Positions 7,437 through 16,896 of a stretch of 45,414 nucleotides of DNA are shown here, piece after piece. Position 1 is the first letter of the stretch. The number at the start of each line of letters is the position of its first letter. The position numbers and the translations under genes were made by a program. The notes beneath the pieces were generated by a model, which worked only from the letters and a program-made list of their open reading frames with translations, ran no database searches and was not told the DNA's origin. Origin of the DNA: an uncultured Ruthenibacterium sp. (GTDB lineage Bacteria; Bacillota; Clostridia; Oscillospirales; Ruminococcaceae); assembly GCA_944388415.1 (NCBI GenBank), contig CALXIU010000150.1, positions 1 to 45,414 of the forward strand. Reading direction: 5' to 3'.

Positions 7437-9104
7437 TCAGAACAGCCCGCTGATGACGCCGTTCTCGTCGACGTCGATGTTCACGGCGGCGGGGTTCTTC
7501 GGCAGGCCCGGCATCGTCATGATGTCGCCCATAATGACGACGACGAATCCCGCGCCCGCGGACAGGCGCGCGTCGCGCACGTTCATGGTGAAGCCCTCCG
7601 GCGCGGCCAGCAGCGCGGCGTTGTCCGAGAAGCTGTACTGTGTCTTCGCGATGCAGACGGGCAGACCGCCGAAGCCGAACGATTCAAAGTCGGCCAGCGC
7701 TTTCGCCGCTGCCTTCGAATAGGTGACGTTCGCGGCATGATACACCTTTTTGCACACCGCTTCGATCTTTTCTTTCAGCGGCGCGCCGTCCTCGTAGGTA
7801 AAGCGCGGCTCGCGCTGCTCCATGATGCCCAGAACGTCCTCGGCCAGTTCGATGCCGCCCTCGCCGCCCTTCGCGAACACCTCGCTCAGCGCGCAGGGCA
7901 CGCCCAGCTGCGTGCAGTATTCGCGCAGGAACTGATGCTCTTCCGCGCTGTCGGTGGGGAAAGAGTTGATGGCAACGCACACGGGCATTCCGTAGATCTT
8001 CTGCATGTTTTCCACGTGGCGGCCGAGATTGGCTGCGCCGGCCTCGAGGTACTCGAGGTTCGGCACGCCCAGTTCCGCCTTCGGGCAGCCGCCGTGATGC
8101 TTCAGCGCGCGCACCGTCGCCACGACAACGACGGCGGACGGCTTCACGCCGGACAGGCGGCACTTGATGTCCATAAATTTCTCCGCGCCGAGGTCCGCGC
8201 CGAAGCCGGCCTCCGTCACGACGTAGTCGCCCAGCTTCATCGCAAGCTTCGTCGCGATCACGCTGTTGCAGCCGTGCGCGATGTTCGCGAACGGGCCGCC
8301 GTGCACCAGCGCGGGCGTGTGCTCCAGCGTCTGCACGAGGTTCGGGTCGAACGCGTCTTTCAGAAGCGCCGCCATCGCGCCCGCCGCGCCGATCTCGCCC
8401 GCCGTCACGGGCTTGCCCTCGTAGGTGTAGCCTACGACGATGCGCGCCAGACGCGCCTTCAGGTCAGCCAGATCGGTGGCGAGGCAGAACACCGCCATGA
8501 CCTCGCTCGCCACCGTGATGTCAAAGCCGTCCTCGCGCGGCGTGCCGTTCACCTTGCCGCCGAGGCCGTCCACGACAAAGCGCAGCTGACGGTCGTTCAT
8601 GTCGACGCAGCGCTTCCACGTCACACGGCGCGGGTCGATCCCCAGCGCGTTGCCGTGGTGGATGTGGTTGTCCACCATCGCCGCCAGCAGGTTGTTCGCC
8701 GCGCCGATGGCGTGCAGGTCGCCGGTGAAGTGCAGGTTGATGTCCTCCATCGGCACCACCTGCGCGTAGCCGCCGCCCGCGGCGCCGCCCTTGATGCCGA
8801 ACACCGGGCCGAGGCTCGGCTCGCGCAGCGCCAGCACCACCTTCTTGCCCATGCGGTGCAGCGCGTCCGCGAGGCCGACGCTCGTCGTCGTCTTGCCCTC
8901 GCCGGCGGGCGTGGGGCTGATGGCCGTCACAAGAATGACGCGCGCGTCCTTTTTCTCCGCGAGCTGTCTGACGAGGCGGTGGTCGATCTTCGCCTTCGTG
9001 CGTCCGTACGGGATCATGTGATCGGCGTCGACGCCCAGCTCCGCCGCGATGTCCGCGACGGGCAGAAGCTGCGCTTCCTGTGCGATCTGGATATCCGATT
9101 TCAT
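7437..9104 (-). CDS. fhs: Formate--tetrahydrofolate ligase
   Basis: [53 protein letters not shown]. Confidence 0.98.
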   Translation of the reverse strand: MKSDIQIAQEAQLLPVADIAAELGVDADHMIPYGRTKAKIDHRLVRQLAEKKDARVILVTAISPTPAGEGKTTTSVGLADALHRMGKKVVLALREPSLGPVFGIKGGAAGGGYAQVVPMEDINLHFTGDLHAIGAANNLLAAMVDNHIHHGNALGIDPRRVTWKRCVDMNDRQLRFVVDGLGGKVNGTPREDGFDITVASEVMAVFCLATDLADLKARLARIVVGYTYEGKPVTAGEIGAAGAMAALLKDAFDPNLVQTLEHTPALVHGGPFANIAHGCNSVIATKLAMKLGDYVVTEAGFGADLGAEKFMDIKCRLSGVKPSAVVVVATVRALKHHGGCPKAELGVPNLEYLEAGAANLGRHVENMQKIYGMPVCVAINSFPTDSAEEHQFLREYCTQLGVPCALSEVFAKGGEGGIELAEDVLGIMEQREPRFTYEDGAPLKEKIEAVCKKVYHAANVTYSKAAAKALADFESFGFGGLPVCIAKTQYSFSDNAALLAAPEGFTMNVRDARLSAGAGFVVVIMGDIMTMPGLPKNPAAVNIDVDENGVISGLF

Positions 9105-9145
9105 GTCTGCATCCTCCCATGTTCTGCGCCATGCAATGCGGCGCG

Positions 9146-9212
9146 CAAAAATACCGCCCCGCCCACGGTTCAAGCGGGGGACCGCGTCCCCGGGCGAGGC
9201 GCTCTTCTTCCG
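9146..9212 (-). ncRNA. Structured cis-regulatory leader of fhs (candidate riboswitch/attenuator)
   Basis: Follows a TTGTGC-N17-TACAAT promoter (9247-9219). Contains alternative GC stems and ends in a U-tract. Confidence 0.5.
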
Positions 9213-9324
9213 TTTTCTATTGTAACAGAGTTTTCACAGCGGCACAAGGCAAAGATGATTGCTTTTTGCAGGAGCGGATGTTACAATGGTAACAGAAAAC
9301 ATGTCATACGGAGGCGGAAACAAG

Positions 9325-10170
9325 ATGAAGATCAGCATTCTCGGTGACAGCTGCACCGATTTGACTCCCGCTCTCGCCCGCGTGCTCGGCGTGCGCACAG
9401 CGCCCTTGAAGATCAAAGTCGACGACAAGTGCTATGTCGACGACGGCTCGATCGACACGCTTGAGCTCATCGCCGCCATGAAGGCCAGCAAGAACTCGCC
9501 CTCCACCGCCTGCCCGTCCCCGGAGGAGTACGCCGCGCTGATGCGTTCCTGCGAGGCATGCTTTGTCATCACATTGTCCTCCAAACTCTCCGGCAGCTAC
9601 AACGCCGCGTGCATCGGCCGCGACATGGTGCTGGAGGAATCGCCGGAGAAAAAGATCTCCGTGCTCGACTCTGAGAGCGCGGCCGCCGGCCAGACGCTCA
9701 TCGCCGTCATGCTGCGCCGCTTCATCGACGAGGATCCGGAATTTGACGAGATCGACCGCCGAATCCGCGCGTTCATCGCGCCGATGCGCACGCGCTTCGT
9801 GCTCGAGGACCTTTCAAACCTCATCAAGAACGGCCGCATCTCGAAGATGGCGGGCTTTGTGGGCACGATGCTCAATCTGCGCCCGCTGATGGCCGACAAC
9901 GGCCACGGCGAGATCACGTGCCTCGAGAAGATCCGCGGCACGCAGAACGCGATGCGCAAGCTGGTGGAGCACGTCGCGTCGGTCACTGCCTCCGAGGCGG
10001 CGGGAAGCCTGACGCTCGTCATCAGCCACTGCAACTGCGCCGAGCGCGCCAGCGCGCTCAAGCGCGAGCTTCTGGCGAAGTGCCGCGCGCTGCACGAGGT
10101 CATCATGGTGCCCGCGGGCGGCCTGTCCACCGTCTACGAGTTCGACGGCGGCGTCGTCCTTGCTTTCTGA
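9325..10170 (+). CDS. DegV family fatty acid-binding protein
   Basis: ILGDSCTDL, TACPSPEEY, TLSSKLSGSYNAA, NLIKNGRI. Confidence 0.93.
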   Translation: MKISILGDSCTDLTPALARVLGVRTAPLKIKVDDKCYVDDGSIDTLELIAAMKASKNSPSTACPSPEEYAALMRSCEACFVITLSSKLSGSYNAACIGRDMVLEESPEKKISVLDSESAAAGQTLIAVMLRRFIDEDPEFDEIDRRIRAFIAPMRTRFVLEDLSNLIKNGRISKMAGFVGTMLNLRPLMADNGHGEITCLEKIRGTQNAMRKLVEHVASVTASEAAGSLTLVISHCNCAERASALKRELLAKCRALHEVIMVPAGGLSTVYEFDGGVVLAF

Positions 10171-10189
10171 CAATTTTACCGCCATCGAG

Positions 10190-10223
10190 GCGCCGCGGCC
10201 CGCAGAGGCCGCGGCGCTTTTTT
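10190..10223 (+). terminator. Intrinsic terminator after degV
   Basis: GCGCCGCGGCC-CGCAGA-GGCCGCGGCGC-TTTTTT. Confidence 0.75.
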
Positions 10224-10254
10224 GATACATTTCAGATACAAAGATGTTTATACT
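10224..10254 (+). promoter_or_regulatory. Direct-repeat box and -10 element upstream of the two-component operon
   Basis: GATACA-N5-GATACA (10224-10240) then TATACT (10249); no canonical -35. Confidence 0.5.
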
Positions 10255-10294
10255 GTGATATGATAGACATGAAATTTGCGGAGGACATATCACA

Positions 10295-10960
10295 ATGAAC
10301 AAAATTCTGATCGTTGAGGACGAGGAGGCCATCGCGTCGCTGATCGAGATGAGCCTCGTGCGCTCGGGCTACCGGTGCGAGGCGGTGAACGACGGCATCA
10401 CGGCCGCCGACCGCATCGAGCAGAACGTCTATGACCTCGTGCTGCTCGACGTGATGCTGCCGGGCCTCGACGGCTACGAGCTGATGGACTATCTGCGTCC
10501 GACGGGTACGCCCGTCATCTTTATCACCGCGAAGGGCACGCTCGGCGACCGCGTCAAGGGCCTGCGCCTCGGCGCGGACGACTACATCGTCAAGCCGTTC
10601 GAGGTGGCCGAGCTGATCGCGCGCGTCGAGAGCGTGCTGCGCCGAACCGGGCGCGGCGGCCGCGTGCTGACGGCGTGGGACGTCGAGATCGACACCGTCG
10701 CGCGCAGCGTCACGCAGCTGGGCCGCGCCGTGCAGCTCACCCCGCGCGAGTTTGACCTGCTGGAGCTTTTGGTGCGCAACCGCGGCGTCGCGCTCTACCG
10801 CGAGACGTTGTTCGAGCGCGTCTGGGGCGGCGAGCCGGAGAACGACACCCGCACGCTCGATCTGCACATCAACCGTCTGCGCAAAAAGCTTGGCTGGCAG
10901 ACGAAGATCGTCACCATCTACAAGGTGGGCTACAAACTGGAACGGGAGGATGCCACGTGA
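10295..10960 (+). CDS. OmpR-family response regulator
   Basis: ILIVEDE, LLDVMLP, GADDYIVKPF, winged helix RTLDLHINRLRKKL. Confidence 0.95.
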   Translation: MNKILIVEDEEAIASLIEMSLVRSGYRCEAVNDGITAADRIEQNVYDLVLLDVMLPGLDGYELMDYLRPTGTPVIFITAKGTLGDRVKGLRLGADDYIVKPFEVAELIARVESVLRRTGRGGRVLTAWDVEIDTVARSVTQLGRAVQLTPREFDLLELLVRNRGVALYRETLFERVWGGEPENDTRTLDLHINRLRKKLGWQTKIVTIYKVGYKLEREDAT

Positions 10961-12354
10961 AACTGGCCGCGAAATTCACCCTCAGCATGACGTGCGTGCT
11001 GGCGGCGGCGCTGTCCGTCGGCGGCTCGCTTTTGCTGTGGGGCACGTTTCGCGATTCGCTCGAGGTGGCCGCCGCCGGCAACATGGCCAGCCACCGTCTG
11101 TCGTGCTATTCGCTCGAGGCCGACTTCCTCGCCTATTCCGCGCGCGGCGAGGAGATGACGGCCGACCGCCTTGCCAGCTGCGGCGCGTCGATGGCGAATT
11201 ACACCGCGGGCGTGCGGCAGTACCTCGCCATCTGCGCGGTCGACGGCACGGAGGCGTTTTCGAACTTCGGCCCCGGCGTCGACTACGCGGCGGGCCTTTC
11301 TTCCGGCGAGATGCGCTATCTGCGCGACGACGCCGGCGTGCTGGGCGTGTACATGACGACGCTCGACACCGGCGCGACGCTCTATACCGCCTACGACGTG
11401 ACGGACGTGTTCGACGCGCGCACCCGCTCGATGGCGCGCTTTTTCCAGCTCGAGGGCGGCCTTCTGGCCGCGAGCGCCGCGGCGGTGTGGCTGCTCAGCC
11501 GCGCGCTGACGAAGCGCCTTGGCGCGGTGACGGAGATCAGCCGCCAGATCGCCGGCGGCGCGTACGGCGTGCGCACGCACGTTACGGGCGACGACGAGAT
11601 CGGCACGCTGGGCAAAAACTTCGACGTCATGGCCGAGACCATCGCCGAACAGGTCGACGAGCTGCAGCTCGAGGTGCGGCGCCGGGAGGACTTTCTCAGC
11701 GCGTTCTCGCACGAGCTGAAAACGCCGATGACGGCCATCATCGGCTACGCCGACACGCTGCGCAGCGTCGAGCTTGAACCGGAGCAGAGCCTGCGCGCCT
11801 CCAACTACATCTTCCGCGAGGCGAAGCGCGTCGAGACGCTCAGCCGCGCGCTGCTGGCGCTGATGGGCCTCGGCGAGGAGGAGATCGCGCTCGCGCCCGT
11901 GCCGCTGATGCGCGTGCTGCGCGCCGTGGGCGTGTCGCTCGCGCCCGTCGCGCAGGGCGTCGAGCTTCGCTTTCAAAACCCCGGCGACCTGTGTGTGATG
12001 GCGGACGAGGCGCTCTTGCACGACCTTCTGTACAACCTCATCCACAACGCCGTCAAGGCGCAGCCGCGCGACAACGAAGTGCGCGTGCGTCTCGCGCGCG
12101 GCGACGGCTGCGTCACCGTCGCGGTCGAGGACCACGGCTGCGGCATCCCGAAGGAGTCGCTCGGCCGCGTCACCGAGCCGTTTTATATGGTGGACAAGTC
12201 CCGCGCGCGCAAGGCGGGCGGCAGCGGCATGGGCCTTGCGCTGTGCCGCCGCATCGCCGAGCACCATGGGACGGACCTCACATTCGAGAGCGAGGAGGGC
12301 GTGGGAACGCGCGTCTCGTTCACGCTGCGCACGGCGGAGGAGGGGACGGCATGA
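10957..12354 (+). CDS. HAMP-domain sensor histidine kinase
   Basis: Two TM helices, HAMP (DEIGTL), H-box FSHELKTPMT, N-box NLIHNA, G boxes DHGCGI/GGSGMGL. Confidence 0.95.
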   Translation: MKLAAKFTLSMTCVLAAALSVGGSLLLWGTFRDSLEVAAAGNMASHRLSCYSLEADFLAYSARGEEMTADRLASCGASMANYTAGVRQYLAICAVDGTEAFSNFGPGVDYAAGLSSGEMRYLRDDAGVLGVYMTTLDTGATLYTAYDVTDVFDARTRSMARFFQLEGGLLAASAAAVWLLSRALTKRLGAVTEISRQIAGGAYGVRTHVTGDDEIGTLGKNFDVMAETIAEQVDELQLEVRRREDFLSAFSHELKTPMTAIIGYADTLRSVELEPEQSLRASNYIFREAKRVETLSRALLALMGLGEEEIALAPVPLMRVLRAVGVSLAPVAQGVELRFQNPGDLCVMADEALLHDLLYNLIHNAVKAQPRDNEVRVRLARGDGCVTVAVEDHGCGIPKESLGRVTEPFYMVDKSRARKAGGSGMGLALCRRIAEHHGTDLTFESEEGVGTRVSFTLRTAEEGTA

Positions 12355-13103
12355 AAAAGAAAAACGTCTTTGTCACCCTCGCGGCGCTCGCCGTCTCGCT
12401 CGCGCTGTGCGCGTCGCCAGCCGCGCTCTTCGCGGCGACGGACGCGGCGCTGTTCTCCACGACGTATACGCAGAACGCGAGACGCGGCAGCCTCAGCGTC
12501 ACGGGCGACGACGTCTATCTCGCGCGCGTGCTGCGCGACCCGGGAAATTACCTGTACATCGAGACGGGGTATGACGTCACTTTCTACTACGACACCGTCA
12601 TCGCCCTCCTCGACGATTTTCAGGAGGCCGGCCTCGTCGACGACACGTATCGCTCCGTGCTCGACGGGATCGTCTCGCTCTGCGCCGACGACATGGGCGG
12701 CCTGCGCTGTATGATCCTCACGGTGGACTTCACGCAGTACTCCGGCAGCACGGGCAATACCGGCTTTTTCATCACCGTTGAAAACACGACGGGCAAGGCG
12801 ACGGACGTGGCGTTCTGGATGAACGGCGGCGTGTTCGGCTGGTATCCCGGGGGCAGCAGCACGCAGGAGGCGCGCGCTCTGATGGAGGCATACATCCAGT
12901 ATCTCGGCTTCGATGTGTTCGGCGACTGGGAATTTTATGTTTCCAACTATGCCGACGCCGCGTTGGAGGCGGGCTATCTCGAGCTCTGGGCATGCTCGCC
13001 CTCGGGCGATGTCTACATCTGGATGAACGCCTCGGCGTCCTCGATCAGCCTCGCCGCGACTGCCGGGGAGATGCCCACCGGGGGAATGACGCTGCTCGAA
13101 TGA
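12351..13103 (+). CDS. Exported hypothetical protein co-transcribed with the two-component system
   Basis: ATGA overlap with the kinase stop; MKKKNVFVTLAALAVSLALCASPA signal-like N-terminus. Confidence 0.7.
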   Translation: MKKKNVFVTLAALAVSLALCASPAALFAATDAALFSTTYTQNARRGSLSVTGDDVYLARVLRDPGNYLYIETGYDVTFYYDTVIALLDDFQEAGLVDDTYRSVLDGIVSLCADDMGGLRCMILTVDFTQYSGSTGNTGFFITVENTTGKATDVAFWMNGGVFGWYPGGSSTQEARALMEAYIQYLGFDVFGDWEFYVSNYADAALEAGYLELWACSPSGDVYIWMNASASSISLAATAGEMPTGGMTLLE

Positions 13104-13214
13104 CAAGGAAGCGATTTCGCGCGCCGTGGGAATTGCCACGGCGCGCGCTTTGTTGTATAATGAATAAGATAATGACGAACCGGGCGAAAGCCCTTCAAAG
13201 GAGACCTGAGGACT

Positions 13215-14351
13215 TTGCATTATCTGGATAACGCCGCCACGACGCGCGTGTCGGACGCGGCGGCGGACACCGCGTGCCGCGTGCTGCGCGAGCACTTCGC
13301 GAACCCCTCGTCGCTGTACGCCCCCGGCGCGCTGGCCGAGGACGTCATCGAGACGGCGCGCGAGGATGTCGCGGATTCGCTCGGCGCGAAGTCGTCCGAG
13401 ATCGTGTTCACCGGCAGCGGCACCGAGGCCGACAACATGGCCATCTTCGGCGCGTGTCACGCGCGCCGCGCGTGGGCCGACCACATCGTCGTCACCGGCT
13501 ACGAGCACCCCGCCGTCCAAAACGCCGTCTCGGCGCTCGAAAAAGACGGCTGGCGCGTCACCGTTGTCGCGCCTGACGCGACCGGCCATGTCGACGGCGC
13601 GGCCATCGCCGCCGCCGTCACCGGCAAGACGGCGCTCGCGGCGTTCATGCACGTCAACAACGAGGTGGGCACTGTGCTCGACGCCGCGCGCATCGCCGCC
13701 GCCGTCAAGCAGAAGAACAGCCGCATCGCCGTCCACGTCGACGGCGTGCAGGCGTGGGGCAAGGTCCCCGTGAAGCTCGCGGGCACGGCCATCGACACGT
13801 ACGCCGTCTCCGGCCACAAGATCCACGCGCCGAAGGGCGTCGGCGCGCTGTACATTCGCTCGGGCTTCCACATGGACAAATTCCTCCACGGCGGCGCGCA
13901 GGAAAACAGCCGCCGCCCCGGCACGCAGAACACCGCGTTCATCGCCGCGATGGCCGCGGCCATCCGCGAGATGCTCGCCGACCGCACGCGCGCCGCGCGC
14001 GTGGACAAGCTCGCGAGCATGCTGCGCGAGGAATTGAACGCGCTCGACTTCATCACGCTCAACAGCCCGGCCGACGCCGTGTGCGGGCTTGTGAATTTCT
14101 CGGTGGACGGCATCAAGAGCGAGACGATGCTGCACTTCCTTGAATCGAAAGAAATCTACGTCTCGAGCGGTTCTGCCTGCTCGAAGGGCGAGCCCAGCCA
14201 CACGCTGACGGCGATGCGCCTGCCGAAGAGCCGCGTCGACACCGCCGTGCGCGTGTCGTTTTCCGGCGAAAACAGCGAAGAGGACGTCGCGGCGCTCGTC
14301 GCCGCGCTCAAAGAGGGCAGCGCCACGCTGGCCCACATCCGGAGGAGATAA
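13215..14351 (+). CDS. iscS: Cysteine desulfurase (IscS/NifS-like)
   Basis: YLDNAATT, ANPSS, SGHKIHAPKGVG, SSGSACS; TTG start. Confidence 0.93.
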   Translation: MHYLDNAATTRVSDAAADTACRVLREHFANPSSLYAPGALAEDVIETAREDVADSLGAKSSEIVFTGSGTEADNMAIFGACHARRAWADHIVVTGYEHPAVQNAVSALEKDGWRVTVVAPDATGHVDGAAIAAAVTGKTALAAFMHVNNEVGTVLDAARIAAAVKQKNSRIAVHVDGVQAWGKVPVKLAGTAIDTYAVSGHKIHAPKGVGALYIRSGFHMDKFLHGGAQENSRRPGTQNTAFIAAMAAAIREMLADRTRAARVDKLASMLREELNALDFITLNSPADAVCGLVNFSVDGIKSETMLHFLESKEIYVSSGSACSKGEPSHTLTAMRLPKSRVDTAVRVSFSGENSEEDVAALVAALKEGSATLAHIRRR

Positions 14352-14352
14352 C

Positions 14353-15534
14353 ATGGACGAGATCATTCTGGCCTATCAGGGCGAAATGGCGCTCAAGGGC
14401 CTCAACCGCGCCACATTCGAGAGCATCCTCATCAAGACGATGCGCCGCCGCCTGCGCAGCCTCGGCGAGTTCCGCGTCTACAAGGCGCAGTCGACGATGT
14501 ACGCCGAGCCGGTGGACGCCGCCGCGAAGGCGTCGATGGACACGGCGTTCGAGCGCGTGTCGAAGATCTTCGGCATCGCCGCCGTGTCGCGCGCGGCCGT
14601 CTGCCCGAAGGACTTCGACGTCATCGCCGAGACGGCGCTCGAGTACCTGCACGACGAGCTGTGCGCGGCGCGCACGTTCAAGGTCAGCGCCAAGCGCTCC
14701 GACAAGAGCTTTCCGATGAACAGCATGGAGATCGGCGCCGAGCTCGGCGGCCACATCCTCTCGCGCCACCCGCGGCTCAAGGTGGACGTGCACCATCCCG
14801 AACTCAACGTCACCGTCGAAGTGCGCGACTTCGCGGCCTACGTCCACGGCGGCAAGAAGCCCGGCGCGGGCGGCCTGCCCGTGTCCACGTCCGGCAAGGC
14901 GGCACTGATGCTCTCGGGCGGCATCGACAGCCCCGTCGCGGGCTACATGATGGCAAAGCGGGGCCTGTCGCTCATCTGCGTCCACTTCGCAAGCCCGCCC
15001 TACACCAGCGAGCGCGCGCGCCGCAAGGTGCTCAAGCTGGCCGAGCTGCTCACGCCGTACACCGGCAACCTAAACGTCTACGTCGTGCCGTACACGAAGC
15101 CGCAGGAGTACATCCGCGACCACGCGCCCGACGTGCTGTTCACGGTGCTGATGCGCCGCAGCATGATGCGCATCGCCAATATCATCTGCAAGAAAGAGGG
15201 CGCGGAGGGCATCGTCACGGGCGAGAGCCTCGCGCAGGTGGCCAGCCAGACGCTGCGCGCGCTCGGCTGCACCGACGCCGCGCAGGAGCTTCCCGTGCTG
15301 CGCCCGTGCATCGGCATGGACAAGACCGAGATCACCGAGATCTCCCGCCGCATCGGCACGTATGAGACGAGCATCCTGCCCTATGAGGACTGCTGCACCA
15401 TCTTCACGCCGCCGCACCCGAAGACGAAGCCCACGCTCGCCGAGATCGAGGCCGCCGAGGCCGCGATGCCCGAGCTCGCCGCGCTCGAGGCCGAGGCCGC
15501 CGAGGCCACGCCCGTCGAGCACGTCAATCTGTAA
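14353..15534 (+). CDS. thiI: tRNA 4-thiouridine(8) synthase ThiI
   Basis: GEMALKGLNR, THUMP region, LSGGIDSPVA, TGESLAQVASQT, EDCC. Confidence 0.96.
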   Translation: MDEIILAYQGEMALKGLNRATFESILIKTMRRRLRSLGEFRVYKAQSTMYAEPVDAAAKASMDTAFERVSKIFGIAAVSRAAVCPKDFDVIAETALEYLHDELCAARTFKVSAKRSDKSFPMNSMEIGAELGGHILSRHPRLKVDVHHPELNVTVEVRDFAAYVHGGKKPGAGGLPVSTSGKAALMLSGGIDSPVAGYMMAKRGLSLICVHFASPPYTSERARRKVLKLAELLTPYTGNLNVYVVPYTKPQEYIRDHAPDVLFTVLMRRSMMRIANIICKKEGAEGIVTGESLAQVASQTLRALGCTDAAQELPVLRPCIGMDKTEITEISRRIGTYETSILPYEDCCTIFTPPHPKTKPTLAEIEAAEAAMPELAALEAEAAEATPVEHVNL

Positions 15535-15555
15535 ATCCGAAAAGAGGTCTTTTTC

Positions 15556-16878
15556 ATGGAGGCAGAGATCATCGCCGTCGGCACCGAGCTGCTCTTGGGC
15601 GATATTCTGAACACAAACGCTCAGTTTCTGAGCCGCGAGCTCGCGTCGCTCGGCATCAACGTGCACTTCCAGAGCGTCGTCGGCGACAACCCCGAACGCC
15701 TTGAGAGCGTCGTCAACCTCGCGCGCAGCCGCAGCGACCTGCTCATCTTTTCCGGCGGCCTCGGCCCGACGCAGGACGATCTGACAAAGCAGACCGTCGC
15801 CCACGCGTTCGGCGACGAGCTTCGCTTCGACGAGGAAGAGCTTGAAAAGATCCGCGGCTTTTTCACCGCGTGGGGCCGCACGATGCCCGAGAACAACCGC
15901 CGCCAGGCGTACGTCCCGGTGCACGGCCGCAAGATCGAAAACCACAACGGCACCGCGCCCGGCATGATCTTCGAGGACACGCGCGCGCCCGGCAAGTACG
16001 CCGTGCTGCTGCCCGGCCCGCCGTACGAATTGCAGCCGATGTTCCTCGACACCGTGCGCCCGTGGCTCGCCTCGATGACGCACAGCGCGCTGCACTCCGA
16101 GACGCTGCGCGTGATGGGCGTCGGCGAGAGCCACCTCGAGGAAAAGATCGGCCACCTGCTCGAAAACGAAAACCCCACCGCCGCGTTGTACGCGAAGACG
16201 GCCGAGGTCGTCATCCGCGTCACCGCCCGCGCAAAGACGGAGGACGAGGCGAAGGCGATGTGCGAGGAGTACGCAAAGAAATTTTACGACATCCTCGGCG
16301 ACAAGATCTACGCGCGCGGCGACGCGCCCATCGAACACACCGTCGTCCGCGTCCTGAAGGAGGCGGGCGCGACCGTCGCCTTCGCCGAGAGCTGCACCGG
16401 CGGCCTCGTCGCCGAGCGCCTGACGAATGTGCCGGGCGCGAGCGCGGTGTTCGGCTACGGCGCGTGCACGTACGCGAACGAGATCAAGGAGAAAATGCTC
16501 GGCGTGCGCCGCGAGACGCTTGAGGCGCACGGGGCTGTCTCGTCCGAGACGGCGGCCGAGATGGCGCGCGGCGTGCGCCGCGTGTCGGGCGCGACGTTCG
16601 GCGTGGGCGTCACGGGCATCGCGGGCCCGGACGGCGGCACGCCGGAAAAGCCCGTCGGCACGGTGTATGTGTCGCTCGCGACCGCGACGGACACCTACGT
16701 GCAGAAGCTTGTGCTCACGGGCCGCACGCGCGCCACGGTGCGCCAGTCCAGCGCGCAGCACGCGCTCGACCTCGTGCGCCGCGCGGCGCTGGGGCTGCCG
16801 CAGCCCGCGGCGCGCCGCTTTGACCCCGATGGACCCGCTCACTGGAACGACGACAACACGGCGTTGCGAGACGTCTGA
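15556..16878 (+). CDS. cinA: Competence/damage-inducible protein CinA (MocF-like + PncC/NMN deamidase)
   Basis: IIAVGTELLLG, GGLGPTQDDLT, AESCTGGL, TGIAGPDGG...KPVGTV. Confidence 0.95.
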   Translation: MEAEIIAVGTELLLGDILNTNAQFLSRELASLGINVHFQSVVGDNPERLESVVNLARSRSDLLIFSGGLGPTQDDLTKQTVAHAFGDELRFDEEELEKIRGFFTAWGRTMPENNRRQAYVPVHGRKIENHNGTAPGMIFEDTRAPGKYAVLLPGPPYELQPMFLDTVRPWLASMTHSALHSETLRVMGVGESHLEEKIGHLLENENPTAALYAKTAEVVIRVTARAKTEDEAKAMCEEYAKKFYDILGDKIYARGDAPIEHTVVRVLKEAGATVAFAESCTGGLVAERLTNVPGASAVFGYGACTYANEIKEKMLGVRRETLEAHGAVSSETAAEMARGVRRVSGATFGVGVTGIAGPDGGTPEKPVGTVYVSLATATDTYVQKLVLTGRTRATVRQSSAQHALDLVRRAALGLPQPAARRFDPDGPAHWNDDNTALRDV

Positions 16879-16896
16879 TACTCACAGGAGGCCGAA

